Positions 1-12,616 of a stretch of DNA of 64,000 nt are shown here, one piece after another. Position 1 is the stretch's first letter; every line of letters starts with the position of its first letter. The translations under genes and the position numbers were made by a program. Source of the stretch: Takakia lepidozioides (lineage: Eukaryota; Plantae; Bryophyta); assembly GCA_030704615.1 (NCBI GenBank), contig CM060732.1, forward strand, positions 34,038,001-34,102,000, given 5' to 3'. The notes beneath the pieces were generated by a model. It was not told where the DNA came from, did no database searches, and was given only the letters and a program-made list of their open reading frames with translations.

Positions 1-510
1 AGTTATTAGAACTGTGCCAATTTTCAGATTTGGATGTATGATTTGGGGGTTTAAGATGTAGTGCAGATGCCTGCAAAGCTAATGTAATCAAATATTTAGT
101 TAGCACCTTTGTTGACACGGTGCAATCGGCAGCCAAAGAAGCAGCAAAAAGAGGTTTAGGGAAGGAGGAGCCAAGCTTCACTTCGAGAGGATCACTCCTA
201 CAGGATAAGCTCAGAGGTACCGCATTCTCTGGTAAGGTATTCTTCTTTGCAATTTCTGGTCATACTACTTGCTAGGTTGTTTCCCGTTGTTATGTGGGAA
301 TGATATTTAAAGCATTGTGACTTTGAGAGTTTTCCATGCAGAGTGAACGCTGAAGCTCCAGTAGCCCTTGTCTTCATTGCCAAGCTGCAAACTTTGCACA
401 TAAATCCAGTTCTGTGTGTATCTTCTGCTAAATGCCAAGTTGGTAATGAAGGGGACCTCTAGCGACCAGGGTTGATATAGCACTAGTGGGATTTGTCGTG
501 CTAACTTCAG

Positions 511-2199
511 GAGATGTTTGCGCTGTCAGGCGTGCAGAAGTCAGCAACAGAGGCACAATTGCCAGTTCCTGTGGTGGAGCCCATGGATGACTTTGAGTCA
601 CGCGTGCTGGGCATCTCCACACAGAATGAAGGGGAGGACGATGACCTGCTGAGGGAGTTAGATGAAATCGAGCGGTCTGCAACATGGCGCCCCAATGCAA
701 GGGAAGAGGAAGAAGAGATGCTGGGAGACACAGAGGATGAGGAGACAGAGGGAGAGATGGAGGAGGAGACAGAGGAAGAAGATGAGGAAGACTGGGATGA
801 TGAGAGAGGGCAGGTGTTGACTGACACTGCCTTGTCAGCAATAGTGGAATATGACCTGGATGACGAAGAGAGGCCTTACCAGTTTCGGCCAGACAGGCTG
901 TTCTTCCCAGGACAGACTTACGATGCTGAGGTACACGCCGTTTTGCTTGCCAGTGTCTTCTTTGATAAACAGTATGGTTGTAATTGCTGTGGTCAAGATG
1001 GAGAGAAGTTGTTGGATAAATTCCAGAATGTTGTTGGGGTGGTCCTGTATTTACTTATGCCCCTGGCCCTGGGTGTCCAATCCTTACTTGTGGGTGTTTT
1101 TGGAACATTTTGGTCTCAGACGTCTAGGGCCTGTCAATGAGGGTGCCAGTTCTGTTGTGACTCACAGGATCTGGATCTTTCAAGGAAACCAGATGAGCTA
1201 GAGAAGGCACCGCCACGATATAGGCGCAGATATGAAACCAATGAAGTACTTCTGAGGGCTGACTTCCGGGTATGCTACTTTTCTGAGGACTCCCTTTTGT
1301 CAAGGGTGTCTGTAGACTTCCTTTGGAACCTTGAAACACGTTGGTGTTGGTCATTGTACTTTGAGTTTCTTGCTTTTGAAGGGCTTTCCATGTCCTGGGA
1401 AGCACAGAGTGTATCCACAAGGATTTGGTTGACACTGATCCTTGTTTTTGCTGCACAATCTTTTGGAGTGTGCTTCAATCTTTGGTACATGGCTAAGGGG
1501 CTTCCACATTTGGCTGCTGTAATTGACTATCCTTCCGTTGAACAGATCTGTGCATAGAGTTTCCCAGCAGATTGGGTGCATTATTTGACCGTGCAGGAGT
1601 TGACTGGCCTATTCAACAATGTCTGACAGATCCTGTGGCAATGTAAGCATGGTTAGTGGTGTGTCGCATTAACATGCTGTTTGTTGTGGGTCTCAGAATC
1701 CACGTTATCTTTCGAGTTTCATCTCAGAGACATCGAAGATTCTTCCAAAGAGAAAGGTAATCGCTCACTATTGACACAGTGGCTGTCTTGGATCTTGTGT
1801 CCTTTGTTGTGGGGACTACATTTATCCACAGCATTGTTTTGTTATTGTTGTAGAAGGTATCTTCTGGCAATTGTTGAGGTTGTTTTTCTTGGGCAGTGTC
1901 GCACAGGTGTGTCATGTCCAAGTAGATGCTAACGAATCTCTTAGAAACTGACTGTCATCAGGCTGGCCCTTAACCCTGTGGTATTAATTCAGAAGTCAAC
2001 ATGTCTAATGTTTTTATTTGACGCATCTGGACTTGTTTGACAGAGCTATTTGAGTGCAAAGGCCCAGCGAAAGGTGATCCGGGAGATTAAGACAGCACGT
2101 GCACTTGGGCTCATGCCATTTACGTCAATGGGGCAGGCGCCTTTCCGCTTTTTGAGATCAAGGTTGGATGACAATGAAAATCCTCAGGATCTTTACTAG
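511..2199 (+). CDS. RPS18: Mitochondrial ribosomal protein S18-family (bS18m), nuclear encoded; exons 511-930, 1168-1269, 1697-1756, 2044-2199; further 5' exon(s) likely (candidate 67-217)
   Basis: GT-AG exons splice in frame to acidic linker-ERPYQFRPDRLFFPGQTYDAE/DLDLSRK...LRADFR/NPRYLSSFISETSKILPKRK/SYLSAKAQRKVIREIKTARALGLMPFTSMG*, matching the S18 core (QRK..REIKTAR..GLMPF) of the plant mitochondrial type. Confidence 0.88.
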
Positions 2200-3006
2200 T
2201 TCTGTTTTGGTGGGTCTTTAGGTGAGACGTTGGGTTGAGAGCTTTGAGAGCATCCTTTGAGGATGCAGACTTGTGAATTTTGGCATCCCACCAGTACTTA
2301 GTGCTGTCATTGGCAAGGAGAGAGGATTGCTTTCACGCGCAGTTTATTTTGGGATTGTAATTACCTTTGCAAAGCTAGGAATTATCTTCTTCAGGGTATC
2401 ACACTTGTTCAACTCCTACAAACTGTTTCCAAGTGGCCTCCAAATGTTCTGCTGCTTTCCAACAAGTTTAACTGAGGTATGCTTACCTGAGAGACAGAAA
2501 TGCTGCTACATCGGCATGCAGCGTAGTTTAGAGAGGCATCCTTCATAACGGAAGCCTGAAAGACAGGATGGAGGGATCGTGTAGGCGCACTGTCCAGCCA
2601 AGATTCTTTGCCCCAGCCACCTATTTGTGGGAACACTTTTTTGTGATACTTCTCTCTTCACAACTGGCCAATTTTGGCTGATTCGAAATTTTCCTGACAA
2701 TTCACAAATAGAGGGTGAATTTTCTCTTTACCACCACAATGAGAAGCTGGTCATTGCTTTTGCGTTGCTGCTTTTCCAATATCTTTGTTTTCCCTCTCCC
2801 CACAAGAGCCTCAACCTCCTCCATCTTCCTCTGAGTATGTCTCTCTCCGGCTCCCTCGTCAATGACAAGAGGTTTCTCAAGGGCCCGTGGCACCGGGTCC
2901 ACAAATGGAGCCTGCAATTATAATGGGTTTTGCGAGGCCTTTGGCCAATCTTTGCAACTCGTGTACACGAACCAAATAAAAATAATAAAACAAAAAAGAA
3001 GGTAGT

Positions 3007-4808
3007 TGTCTTAATTAGAATTACCTACTTTTAGCTAACCTGGACATTTTAGATACTTATGTTTATATTTTGTGTGTTGGGATTTCATTTGGTCTCACAT
3101 GTTAAGTGAGGTGTCAAGCCTCACTTGGGACATGGGGATGGTTTTCCCCTTGTGAGGGTTGAGGAGGGCTCATCTTCTTGTAGTTGAGCCTCTATGAGCC
3201 TCTCTCACTTCCATAGCTCTAGATATTGAGAGGGTATTGAGAGGGAGTGTGGTGAGGGCTTTGTGGGGTGGATTCCTTTAGCAAGGGTGCCCTTATGTGA
3301 TTGAGTGGATTCATGAGTGGAGGGTTTCCATTGTGTTTATTTTTCATTATCACTAGAAGAAGATGACCTTATGCTTGTGAGTGCGGAGTGTAAGGATTAG
3401 TTTAGCACTTGTGTTGGTGTACACCAAAGAGTGAGAGAGCTAGGAAAAGCTCAAGTATCTCACAAGGCTTGCAAGGTGTTGCAAGGGATAATGCTTTTGT
3501 ATTGCATCAAGGAGATGGAGAACTCAAGGAGAGAGCTCTTGAGTTATAAGACTTTGCAAGTATTGCAAAGAGAAAGCCTTGTGTGTGTGGAAGGTTGAAA
3601 AGAGAGCTAAAAGAAAGAGCGTCATCTCTTGTATCAAGTGTTGTGACAACTATTTGCCAATGAAGTGGCTTGTATGATGAGAATCTTGGATGTTAGGGTT
3701 TGAGAAGCATTACTTTGCTCTATAGAGGTGGAGCGCTTAAGGAAAGAACTCTCACATCACAAAGCTTGCATAGTCTTGGGAGAGTGTTTGTATATGCACT
3801 AAGGGTTTGAGAGTTTGGAAAAGAGCTCTTGCATTACAAGAGAAGTATCTTGTGTATGGAGATATAGACACTAGGGTTTCAAGAGCAAGCTCTAGTTGTT
3901 CATGGTGTGAAAGAGAAGCCAAAGAGTGGTACATGCTAACACCATAGAAGGAGTACAACAAGGGTAGCTTGAGGAGCATTGAGTACTCAAGAGAAGCTAA
4001 GAAGTGGTTCAAGTGGGGTTTCATTTGGTTGACAAACAAGCAAGCTAAGGCGCTAGAAGGGAGTGCTTTTGCTAGTTCTATGAGTTCTTGGATTGCTCTT
4101 GGTGACGCAAGTGGTTGATCAAGCAAGTGGCGCATGTGTGGAGCATGCTTTCCAAGTGTGGCTTCCAACTTCAAGCTTGAGGAAAGCTACAAGGTGAAGT
4201 GAGCAAGTTCATTCCTTTGTGTATGAGGTGGTGCATATGTGGAGCATATTTTTGGCTTCAGCTTTGCCTTTTCAAGCTTGAGAGGAGTGGCTTTTGAGCT
4301 AGCAAGTGAAAGGAGCTTGAATGACCAAGGCTTGAGAGGAGGTAAGACTTGGTGGCTTGCTAAAGGAGGTAAAAAACTTTATTCTTGAATTCCAAAGAGA
4401 TGTGAAGCTTGTTGTGTGACAAATGCATTGCTAGGTGAGCTGGAACCAAGCTTGATTGTAGCTTGAGGTAAAGAAGAGCAAAGGAGTTTGCTTTGGTATC
4501 TCATAAAAGTCATGGATGCTTGAGGAGATCAAGCATGAAGCTCAAGGAAGCACAACCCCTAGCTTGGGATGCATAAACCCTACCATGAGATGCACATGAA
4601 ACCCTAGGTGCATGGGAACAGTTACCATAGAGTGGGAATGGTCATCAAAGTGTGGGAACGGTCATCAAAGTGTAGGAATGGTCACCAAAGTGTGGGAACA
4701 GTCACCACAGTGTGGGAACGGTTATCAAAGTGTAGGAACGGTCATCAAAGTATGGGAACCGTCACCACAGTGTGGGAACCGTCATTATAGGCTAAGAACA
4801 TAGTGACA
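3007..4808. mobile_element. Probable solo LTR (family 1), TGTC...GACA ends
   Basis: Non-coding, GA-rich, TGTC at 3007 and GACA at 4805-4808; the first ~350 bp recur at 15637-15888; no TSD seen. Confidence 0.45.
4610..4790. repeat. Tandem repeat, 20-bp unit (GTGTGGGAACGGTCATCAAA) x ~9
   Basis: Directly visible periodic units. Confidence 0.9.
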
Positions 4809-5096
4809 TGTAAGGACAATATAGGGCTTTTTGGAGGATTTTCAAGGGCCTTTGGAGGATTGTTTGGGGGATCTTTGGGGTCCTTTGAGGAGCTTTTGTA
4901 AGCCACTTTGAAGAGCTCTTGAAGAGGTATTTGGATGACTGTTTGAAGGACTATTTGCGGTCTTTGAAGGCCAAGTTTTGGCAAGTTTTTGGAGCCTTTG
5001 GAGGGCTATGTGGAGGACCATTTGGGGTCTTTGAAGGCCAATATTTGGCAAGGTTTTGGAGTCTTTGAACGGCTCTTTGGAGGGCTCTTTGGGGTC
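4809..5096 (+). mobile_element. 5' part of an LTR-like repeat (family 2, TGTAAGGAC start), cut by inversion breakpoint
   Basis: Internal TTTGGGGTCTTTGAAGGCCAA-type repeats continue on the opposite strand at 13318-13230. Confidence 0.55.
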
Positions 5097-5900
5097 CGCG
5101 TGGAATGCGTGCAATGGCCTCCACCTTTGTCTGTTGAACACCCAATCCTCCAGGGTATATCATGTGACCCAGATACTCAATCTGATCGTGGAAGAACTTG
5201 CATTTTCCAGGGTGCAGTTTCAATCCATGCGCCCTCAAGCGCTCAAACACCACCTGAAGGTGTCTCTCATGCTCCTCAACTGTGGCACTAAAGGAATGCC
5301 ATGATCACAGGATATGCACAGCATGGTTAAGATATCAATGTAGCACCGGATGAAGTCTAGCCCTGCATGAATCCTATCCATAACCCTCTGAAACTTTGCA
5401 GGAGCATTCTTCAACCCAAATGGTAGGAAGCGCCATTGGTACAAACAATCATTTCCATGCTAGTCAATCCCCCAGAATGTCGTTTTTTGCTTGTCAGCCT
5501 CTTTGATTGGCAACTGGTGATAACCCGATCGTAAGTCCGATGTACTAAACACCTTCGCATGCCCAATGACATCAAAGATTTCCTCTGGAGTTGGCATGTC
5601 ATATCTATTGGACTTAGTCTAACGGTTCACAGGACGATAGTCCCCACACATCCTTCTTTCTGTCCAATTGCCATAGATATCCTTCTTAGCTGACATCACT
5701 GTTGCCGAGGCATACTCGCCGCCGACAACTCAACCAATCTAGCTTCGAACAACTCTATAGTCCATGACTGGATCAAAGACCTCTCTATGTCACTATACCT
5801 GTAGGGCCTTCGAAAAATTGGCGTATCACTTGCCAACTCAATACGAATCTCCTGGCCCTTCAAATTCCCCAAAGCTTTCAAACCGAAGACAAAGCAATTT
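5097..5900 (-). pseudogene. Gypsy reverse transcriptase (frameshifted)
   Basis: IRIELASDTPIFRRPYRYS, LPFGLKNAPAKFQRVMD, CYID, GLKLHPGKCKFF..IEYLGH..KVEAIARIP. Confidence 0.92.
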
Positions 5901-6088
5901 CTATAAGCCCTTAGAAATCACCTGATCCTCCGTCTCTCTCCTCCGGTGACTGTAGGTCCAACATCTGGTTCCCAATTGTCCTCAGTGACTGCAACCTTGG
6001 ATACACCAGGCTTGGAGGTAGGCGACGCATCCTTTGGTTGCTAGATAACAACATCTTGGGCCTTGTCCGCCCAGAGCGTAGCTATGGC

Positions 6089-8166
6089 GTGAGCCTAGCC
6101 GCGTAAGCCCAGGAGCTCGACTCACGCTTTGCCCTCTAAGCGTGAGCCCAGGGTTTAGAGGAGGGAGAAGCAAGTCCTATAACCGAGGACATGGTTTAGA
6201 AGGGTCATATTACTGTGGAAGCGTATATTTTGGAAGAAGATGTGAACACGGCAAAACTTCCAAACACGGCAAACACGGCAAATATTGAGTCCCCTTTAAA
6301 AGCACGACGATCGACCCAATTCCCCCAGCCCTACTTCGTCAAACCCAAGCACTTCACGCAGCTGGTCCCATCCTCCACCAGCCCTAAGCCTTGAAGACGA
6401 GCCCCAAGCCGCGATCCCACCTAGCCGCACTCTCACCAAGCCCTGACCTTCTCTGGTCACTGTTCTTATAAGTATACTCTTGCAGCAGCCACACCTACTA
6501 GAGAGTTGCTTTTCAACCCACCGACATTTTAGAACTATCTAGAAAGTAAAACTCTCTAGAAAGTCAACTAGTGAACTAGAGAAGATGGCTATACCAACTC
6601 TGGCCCGCGAGTAGCAGGTTTAATGGGTTCTGGACCTAGCTGGCGGGTCCGGGTCCGGTTACAAATGAACCCGGGTCAGGGTCCGAGTTTTTGGTGATGG
6701 CACGGCTCCGGATCCGGATAGGTAACTCAGACCCTAACCGGGGGTTTTTTTAGGGATTTTGAAAAGGGGTAGGAGTGGCTATATATATTGGGTGTAGGCT
6801 AGTGCAAGTGGCCACTCTAGGTAATTTTCCTCGAATTGGTAGGCTGCATGTATTTCCACCCTTGTCATATTTTGCGAATCAAATGGATGTTGATGAGCAA
6901 TAGAAGTTGAAGTACAGAAATAGTTGAAAACCATAGGACGAATGAAACTCTTTCTATTCTATGTGAAAACATAGGCTAATTGGTACAAATGAGGTGTATA
7001 GTTATCGCAAGACCGGCGACGAGCATCTCCTTGGGAAACGGAGGAGGCCCCACAATCCTGAACCCACTCCTCATCTGGCCCGTCAGATCATCCTGCATGG
7101 GGCCCACCATGGCTACATTTGTGCTGCTCCCATGGGTCCACAGGCGAGGACCTTTTTGAGACCCATAGTTTTTGGCGAAAACCGCCTTATTTGGACCTTT
7201 TTTTTCCCTTTGTTTTATTCGCCAACGGGATTTTCAGGCGGCCAAATGGCCAATAAAAAAACGCTAACCCTAACCCGCCGGGTACCCAGGGTGAAAATCC
7301 GGACCCGCACAACACTGTCGTTGATGATCATCCTGAAATCATGAAGAAATTGAGTGCGTTGACGCACGCAGTTCTCCGCGGGGAGTGGGAACAAAAAAAC
7401 AAACAAGAAAAAAAAGTTTTTTTTTTCATTTTTTCATTTTTCCCGCCTCTCCTCCACCCCTCCCTTCCCCAACCCGCCGGGTACCCAGGGTGAAAATCCG
7501 GACCCGCACAACACTGTCGTCGATGATCATCCTGAAATCATGATAATGAAGAAATTGAGTGCGTTGACGCACTCAGTTCTCTGCCAGGAGGGGGTGGGGG
7601 AGCCGAAAAAAAATTATCATTTTTTTTTTTGGTTTTTTTTTTTGGCCCCCCCTTCTGCGGAGAACTGAGTGCGTCAACGCACTCAATTTCTTCATGATCT
7701 TGATTTCACGATGATCATCGACAATATCTATCCAAATGCCGAGAAATATATATATATATATATATTGAATTCTCATGTGCCTGACGCCCCCTTAATTCCC
7801 AGCCCTGTTTCCCTCTACAAACATGTCAGTTCGCTAAGGGTTTGGGTTAGGTTTGGGGTTACGATTTGCAGTGTTTCTCCGGTTTGCCGTGTTTCCGCGG
7901 TAATGACGTAACCTTAATTCCCAGCCTGTTTATCTTTACAAACATGGCAGTTCGCTAAGGGTTAGGGTTAGGGTTTGCCGTGTTTGCCGATTTGTCGTGT
8001 TTGCCGTGTTTTCGCGGTAAAGGGTGCTCATCCGCGAAAATACACCCTACATCTTCCCTCATTCTCGTGCCACGTGGACTGGGCTCACGTCAGGCTTTTG
8101 GGCTCACAGGCTCCTGGGCTCGCGTGGCTAGGCTCACACTCTAGCATTCCTCGTCCACTCACCCTG
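6089..8166. mobile_element. Non-autonomous DNA transposon insertion (hAT-like CAGGG right end, left end truncated) between DNMT and RT
   Basis: GTGAGCCTAGCC.CG..AGCCCAGGAGC at ~6089-6116 is inverted at ~8110-8138; CTATGGC(GT) duplicated at 6082 and 8168; Gypsy sequence resumes on both sides. Confidence 0.55.
6220..8048. mobile_element. Nested TIR element with AAACACGGC subterminal repeats and internal direct and inverted duplications
   Basis: AGCGTATATTTT...AAACACGGC x3 at left versus GCCGTGTTT repeats...AAAATACACCCT at right; 7271-7380 repeated at 7471-7590 and inverted at ~7657-7722. Confidence 0.5.
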
Positions 8167-8499
8167 ACTATGGCGTAACCTCCACTTGCTCCGCCATAGC
8201 CACCTTGAGAACATCCTCCGCGCAAGAAACATCTAACATTGGCCACCTTGGCCTCCAACTGATCCTCCAAGTATGGTTCTCCCCACTCCTCATATTGTTC
8301 CTTGAGAGATCCAATGACTTTCTCTCTCTATATCTCATCCTACATCTGCCATGAGTGTTTGCCCCCCACGATCCTGTGTTTGCCCCCACTCATTGTCTCA
8401 ACCGTCCCGGTTGGCAGGGAGGATGCACTATCCAATGGGAGTGCCGAAGTAGCCACCACTGCTTGCAATCTACGTTGCTCAGCCATGCACAAGCCAATG

Positions 8500-9430
8500 A
8501 CCCATGTCAAGCAATTTAGATCCATTGCTTGACCCAACACATGTCGGTGGATGCCTCTGACAGAGCTAGCGCAGCTGTAGTGCCCGTGGCAAACCCCATT
8601 GTCCGCTCTCGCTCATCCGCATTGGGCTCCACCAATTGCTGTAGCATACTGTCGCAAATCAACCCAGGACCATTGTCTCGAAAAGCATGAGATGAGGGAA
8701 AGCTCAAGAGCGTAGGCAAGGCCGTACGTGGCTGCCCCACTCGATTGACCACCGCCAAAGGTGGACGATCATCATGTCGCACCCTTTGCGGTTGCATCCC
8801 TTGGTCCAAAATGCCATCAACCATGAAATTGGGTGGCCGTTGAATGGAATTGTATGCTCTCTTGAGTAGCTCTGGTGGTGCAAGTTTGGCCCACCACAAT
8901 CGAGGTCGGCGCGCGCGTGATCCCACCGCTGCTGCATCCAATAGCACCGCCGATCCAATCCACGACCGCACCTGATGCACACTGGCCATAACCCTGGCCC
9001 GAGAATCCCCCATAAGAGGAACATTCTCCAAGATATAGGCTACAGGTTGCACTTGCCTCGTCTGCAAGTCACGCAACACTCGCAACATCTCCCAAAACAA
9101 ATGCGATCGTGCATCATGCAGGCCATTTCCATGACCTGCGGGAGAGTGTCATTGGCAAGGCCATCCGGCTATCACCAAGTCAATAGGACCATGCCGGTCC
9201 AAATCATCCGCCCCCAGCAAGGTAATGTCTGTTGGCAAGGCCTTTTTGATACCCTTGAATTGCTGAGAGAGGCAACAACTCAAGATACCGGTGTGTGAGC
9301 AAGGCAATGTGGCGCATAGAAATACGCCGAGCAATCTCATCTTTCTCCACATATAAGTACTTGCGTACTTTAATCTTTGCTTGCAACACTCCTGCAAGCC
9401 CAAATAGGTCTAGCAAACAAATCCCTGAGT
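8500..9430 (-). pseudogene. Retrotransposon-borne DNA (cytosine-5) methyltransferase domain, DNMT3-like
   Basis: Motifs in canonical order: I LDLFG, II YLYVEKD, III PTDITLL, IV DLVIAGWPCQ, V GLHDARSHLF, VI YILENV, VIII RARRPRLWW, IX-X ERERTMGF..LGQAMD; stop after PCQ and frameshifts. Confidence 0.88.
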
Positions 9431-9779
9431 CAGGTGGTTGTCAGGTAATGGGCACTATGTCCAAAGGAACTAACTGAGGAGGTCCAGGTGATGTCACTGA
9501 ACTCCCCTCACCCACCGATTGAAAGGCCTCCTGTCATGCTTGCTGCACATACTGATTTACCACTCGCTGCAAATCCCCAACTGTACCCCACAGTGAGCTA
9601 TGCACAAGAACATGAGGAAGCAACTCAGCCTTGTATGCCAATTGTTTGTCTTCATTAGGTGGTGGCCTATCATCTGCTTGGCTATTGCCCTCCAAGAGCT
9701 CACCACCCCAAGCTACCACACCTGAGAATGCAGCCAATGTGGGCACCATGTTTCTATGATCCACCGCTACATTCCCAAT

Positions 9780-10200
9780 AAACCGCACTGGGTGTAGTGC
9801 ACGTCGGCCATCCCCTGACTGCCACTCCGGCCTGTAGGATGTCGTTTCCTCCCAAAAGTCTAGAGTAAATCCTATGGGGTACAACACAGCCCCACCAACA
9901 AACACATCATAAGACATCGCGTCCATAACAATGGCTTTAGTTCTCATGACAATCGAATGAAGAGCTCATGGCGTATAAGCCCTCGCGCCTTTTCGGAACC
10001 ACCCAAAGATGTTTGAATTTGGAAAAGACAAGGCTCCAAGTCCACCTCTGTAAGGCCCAAGCCTGCAATTGCTGTTCTCCTAAACCTAAATGGTTGTGCT
10101 CCCGAGTCCAACAAGACCCACAGTGGCATATACCTCCTCCTGGTTGGGCCACCCAACTGAAACACTCCATCCTAATTGTCCACCAGGACTACTCCAGGAG
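9780..10200 (-). pseudogene. Retropepsin aspartic protease
   Basis: VLLDSGAQP active-site motif and downstream SYDVFVGGAVL. Confidence 0.8.
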
Positions 10201-10949
10201 TCACCATGCGTGCTCAATGGCTGGCATAGCTGGCAACTCCTGCAACCTTGCAACTACCGCTTGTCATGGCGTAATTGTGGCTGACTTCACCTTCGAATCT
10301 AAAGCATCCATAGACTGCACCTTATCTGCTATCTCCGCAGATAGTGCCGATGCATCACCATTCTCACATAGTCTAGCTGCTAGTTTGAACACAACAACTG
10401 GCCAAATTCTCGGCATTGCAATGGTCATTGCAGAAAACAATGGAGCCTGACAAACCGCTGTAGCCGCCCCCAACATTGTACTGGCTGCACCTTGTTTTGC
10501 AGCACCAATCATTGGCATTTCCCAAGCCACACCAACTCTCCCCAATGACACTCGTGGATCAACCTCTGACACACTTGGGCGAGCGGGTGCCATTGATGGC
10601 GTAGGTGACACTGTCTCAGACAATGTAAATGACTGTGGAAGCCTAGTCTGACGACTTGCTTCCCCCTTTTGTGGATCAAAATCCACATCCGCTCCTCTTG
10701 GCTTAGGAGCATGCGTTGCTACTCGAGTGATAGCAGTAGCAGAGTCCAATAAATACAATAGTCCTGCAAGTGCGACTCCACACATGAAGCCCATACCAAT
10801 CTGGTCTTCCCTAGGCATAGGAGGTTGTGCAGGTGAGGCTTGAACCTCAGGCCTTGGACCTGGTGCAACATGAGTAATGGCCATGACAGCAAAACGTTGC
10901 TCTAGCCGGGCAAGCCTATCCATCATGCCTTGGTCATGACCTTGACCCT

Positions 10950-12250
10950 GACCCTGTGCTCCTTGGTTTTGGTTACGACCTCCACCACGACCTCTACCTC
11001 ATCTATCTCTCTGGACTACATTGTCTCGTCCTCGGCCACCATTGTTCCCTTGGAACAAGCTTGGCCGTAGCTCAGGATGCAAGTTATAACAATGGGCCTC
11101 CTCATGCCCATACTTGCCACAATGTCCACACTGTAGTTGTGTAGGCTGTGCAGGTGCCAACCTTTTGCCTCTCTCTGGGCAATCTTTCTTCACATGTGGT
11201 CCTCCACAATCCCAACATAATACACTCGTCTGTTGTTGGCTTGAGAATGAAGGAAGAGACGTTTCCATCTGAGATCCCCTCTGACCTTCCCTGGGCTTCG
11301 TCTGAGGCCCCTTGTTGTCTTGAGCATGTTGGGGAGTTGGTTGTTGTTGGCTAGGAACTCCACTTTGTTGTGTCTCCTTGCCAAACCCCACAGTAACCAC
11401 CCGCTCCTCTACCATATTGAGCTCTATCCGCTGTGCCAGCAAAAACACATTTGCTAAGGTGGATTGGTCCACTTGCAGTAGAGTTGCATCCCGCACCCTT
11501 CTCCTCAGCTCTTTGTCCAATATCCCATACCAGAATTGGAGTGCCTAAGCTTCTGTAATCCCTTGGGTTACATTTATCAAGCGCCTCATGTGATTGTAAG
11601 CCTCCTTCAAACTCTCAGTAGGCCTCCGTTGGAACTCTTGCAAGCTCCGCATCTTCTCTGTCTTTATCCCTTGGTAGTTTCTCCGTAACTCCTCGAAGAA
11701 CTCCACAACTGGGTTAAAGGCAGGCACGGGTGCTGGTGCTGCAGCAGGAGCTTGAATGGATTTTTCAGCTCCTGTACCACTTGTCCCACTACTAGTGCTT
11801 GTAGTTGGAGATGTTGGTATAACTGCTGGTGTCGCCGCTGCCCTTGTGCCTCTAGTGATGGAGACATAGTCAGGTGACCAATACAATCGTCACTCCTCAA
11901 TTTCCACCTCATGTCCCTGCCTAAACTCATGGTAGTCATCCATGGGAGGCCCCTCAAGGTGCTGAAACAGCCCCTTCCACGCCATAAAGGGTCGTAAACA
12001 GCTGAGGATTGCGCATCTGCTGCAAGTCACACCAACTATCAAACTCTTGTATGAAATCATCAAGCTCGATGGTGCCCACAGCTCCAAAGTACCTCTAAGG
12101 CCCCTTGGTAGCTCCATACATCTCCTCCATCGTATCCCACAACAATGGCACGGAAATAGCTTGTACCTGCGGCGTGGAGCCCTCAGAGTTTCAATCAGAA
12201 CCCTCCTCAGAAAACACAGAAGGTGAAGGTGGCCTAAACCGCACACATCG
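10950..12250 (-). pseudogene. gag with CCHC zinc knuckles
   Basis: CWDCGGPHVKKDC and CGHCGKYGHEEAHC; LQEFQRRPTESLKEAY gag motif. Confidence 0.8.
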
Positions 12251-12384
12251 TCTCGTGTACCCACTAGTATCGATAGTGCCCGTACCGGCACTTCCCTCAA
12301 CAACTAGTGACACCTCCGTGAAAACTCACAACCATACCTGTTGTAAACCTGTCTCTAATCCCTCTTTCCACAAGATAACCGGTA

Positions 12385-12616
12385 ATGATGTGGGAAGGGG
12401 TGAAGCCTGACCACATCACATTTGTTTGCATTTGCAATGCATGTGCAAGCCTTGCAGCACTGGAAAATGACAAAAAGGTCCATGGTGACATCATCAAAGC
12501 TGGAATTGTACCAGATGTCATTCTGAACACTGCCCTCGTGGACATGTATGCCAAAGGTGGGAGCATTAAGGATGCAAAGGGTGTGTTCTATAGTATGGCT
12601 GAACGGAATGTGGTGT
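12385..12616 (+). pseudogene. PLS-class PPR gene fragment
   Basis: GVKPDHITFVCICNACASLAALE..KKVH..DVILNTALVDMYAK.GSIKDAKGVF..MAERNVVS; bounded by TE sequence. Confidence 0.9.

Noticed and set aside
2540-2925. Minus-strand ORFs possibly from a LINE C-terminus
   Set aside because: No complete zinc-knuckle or RT motif, no TSD; cannot be supported
4610-4790. CRISPR-like periodicity
   Set aside because: Contiguous 20-bp units with no unique spacers, eukaryotic context, no cas genes
7959-7976. TTAGGG telomere-like motifs (also 7264-7276)
   Set aside because: Only 2-3 units inside a transposon; not a telomeric array
12320-12345. Primer-binding site of the Gypsy element after a putative ...CAACA LTR end
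   Set aside because: No convincing tRNA complement recognisable by eye
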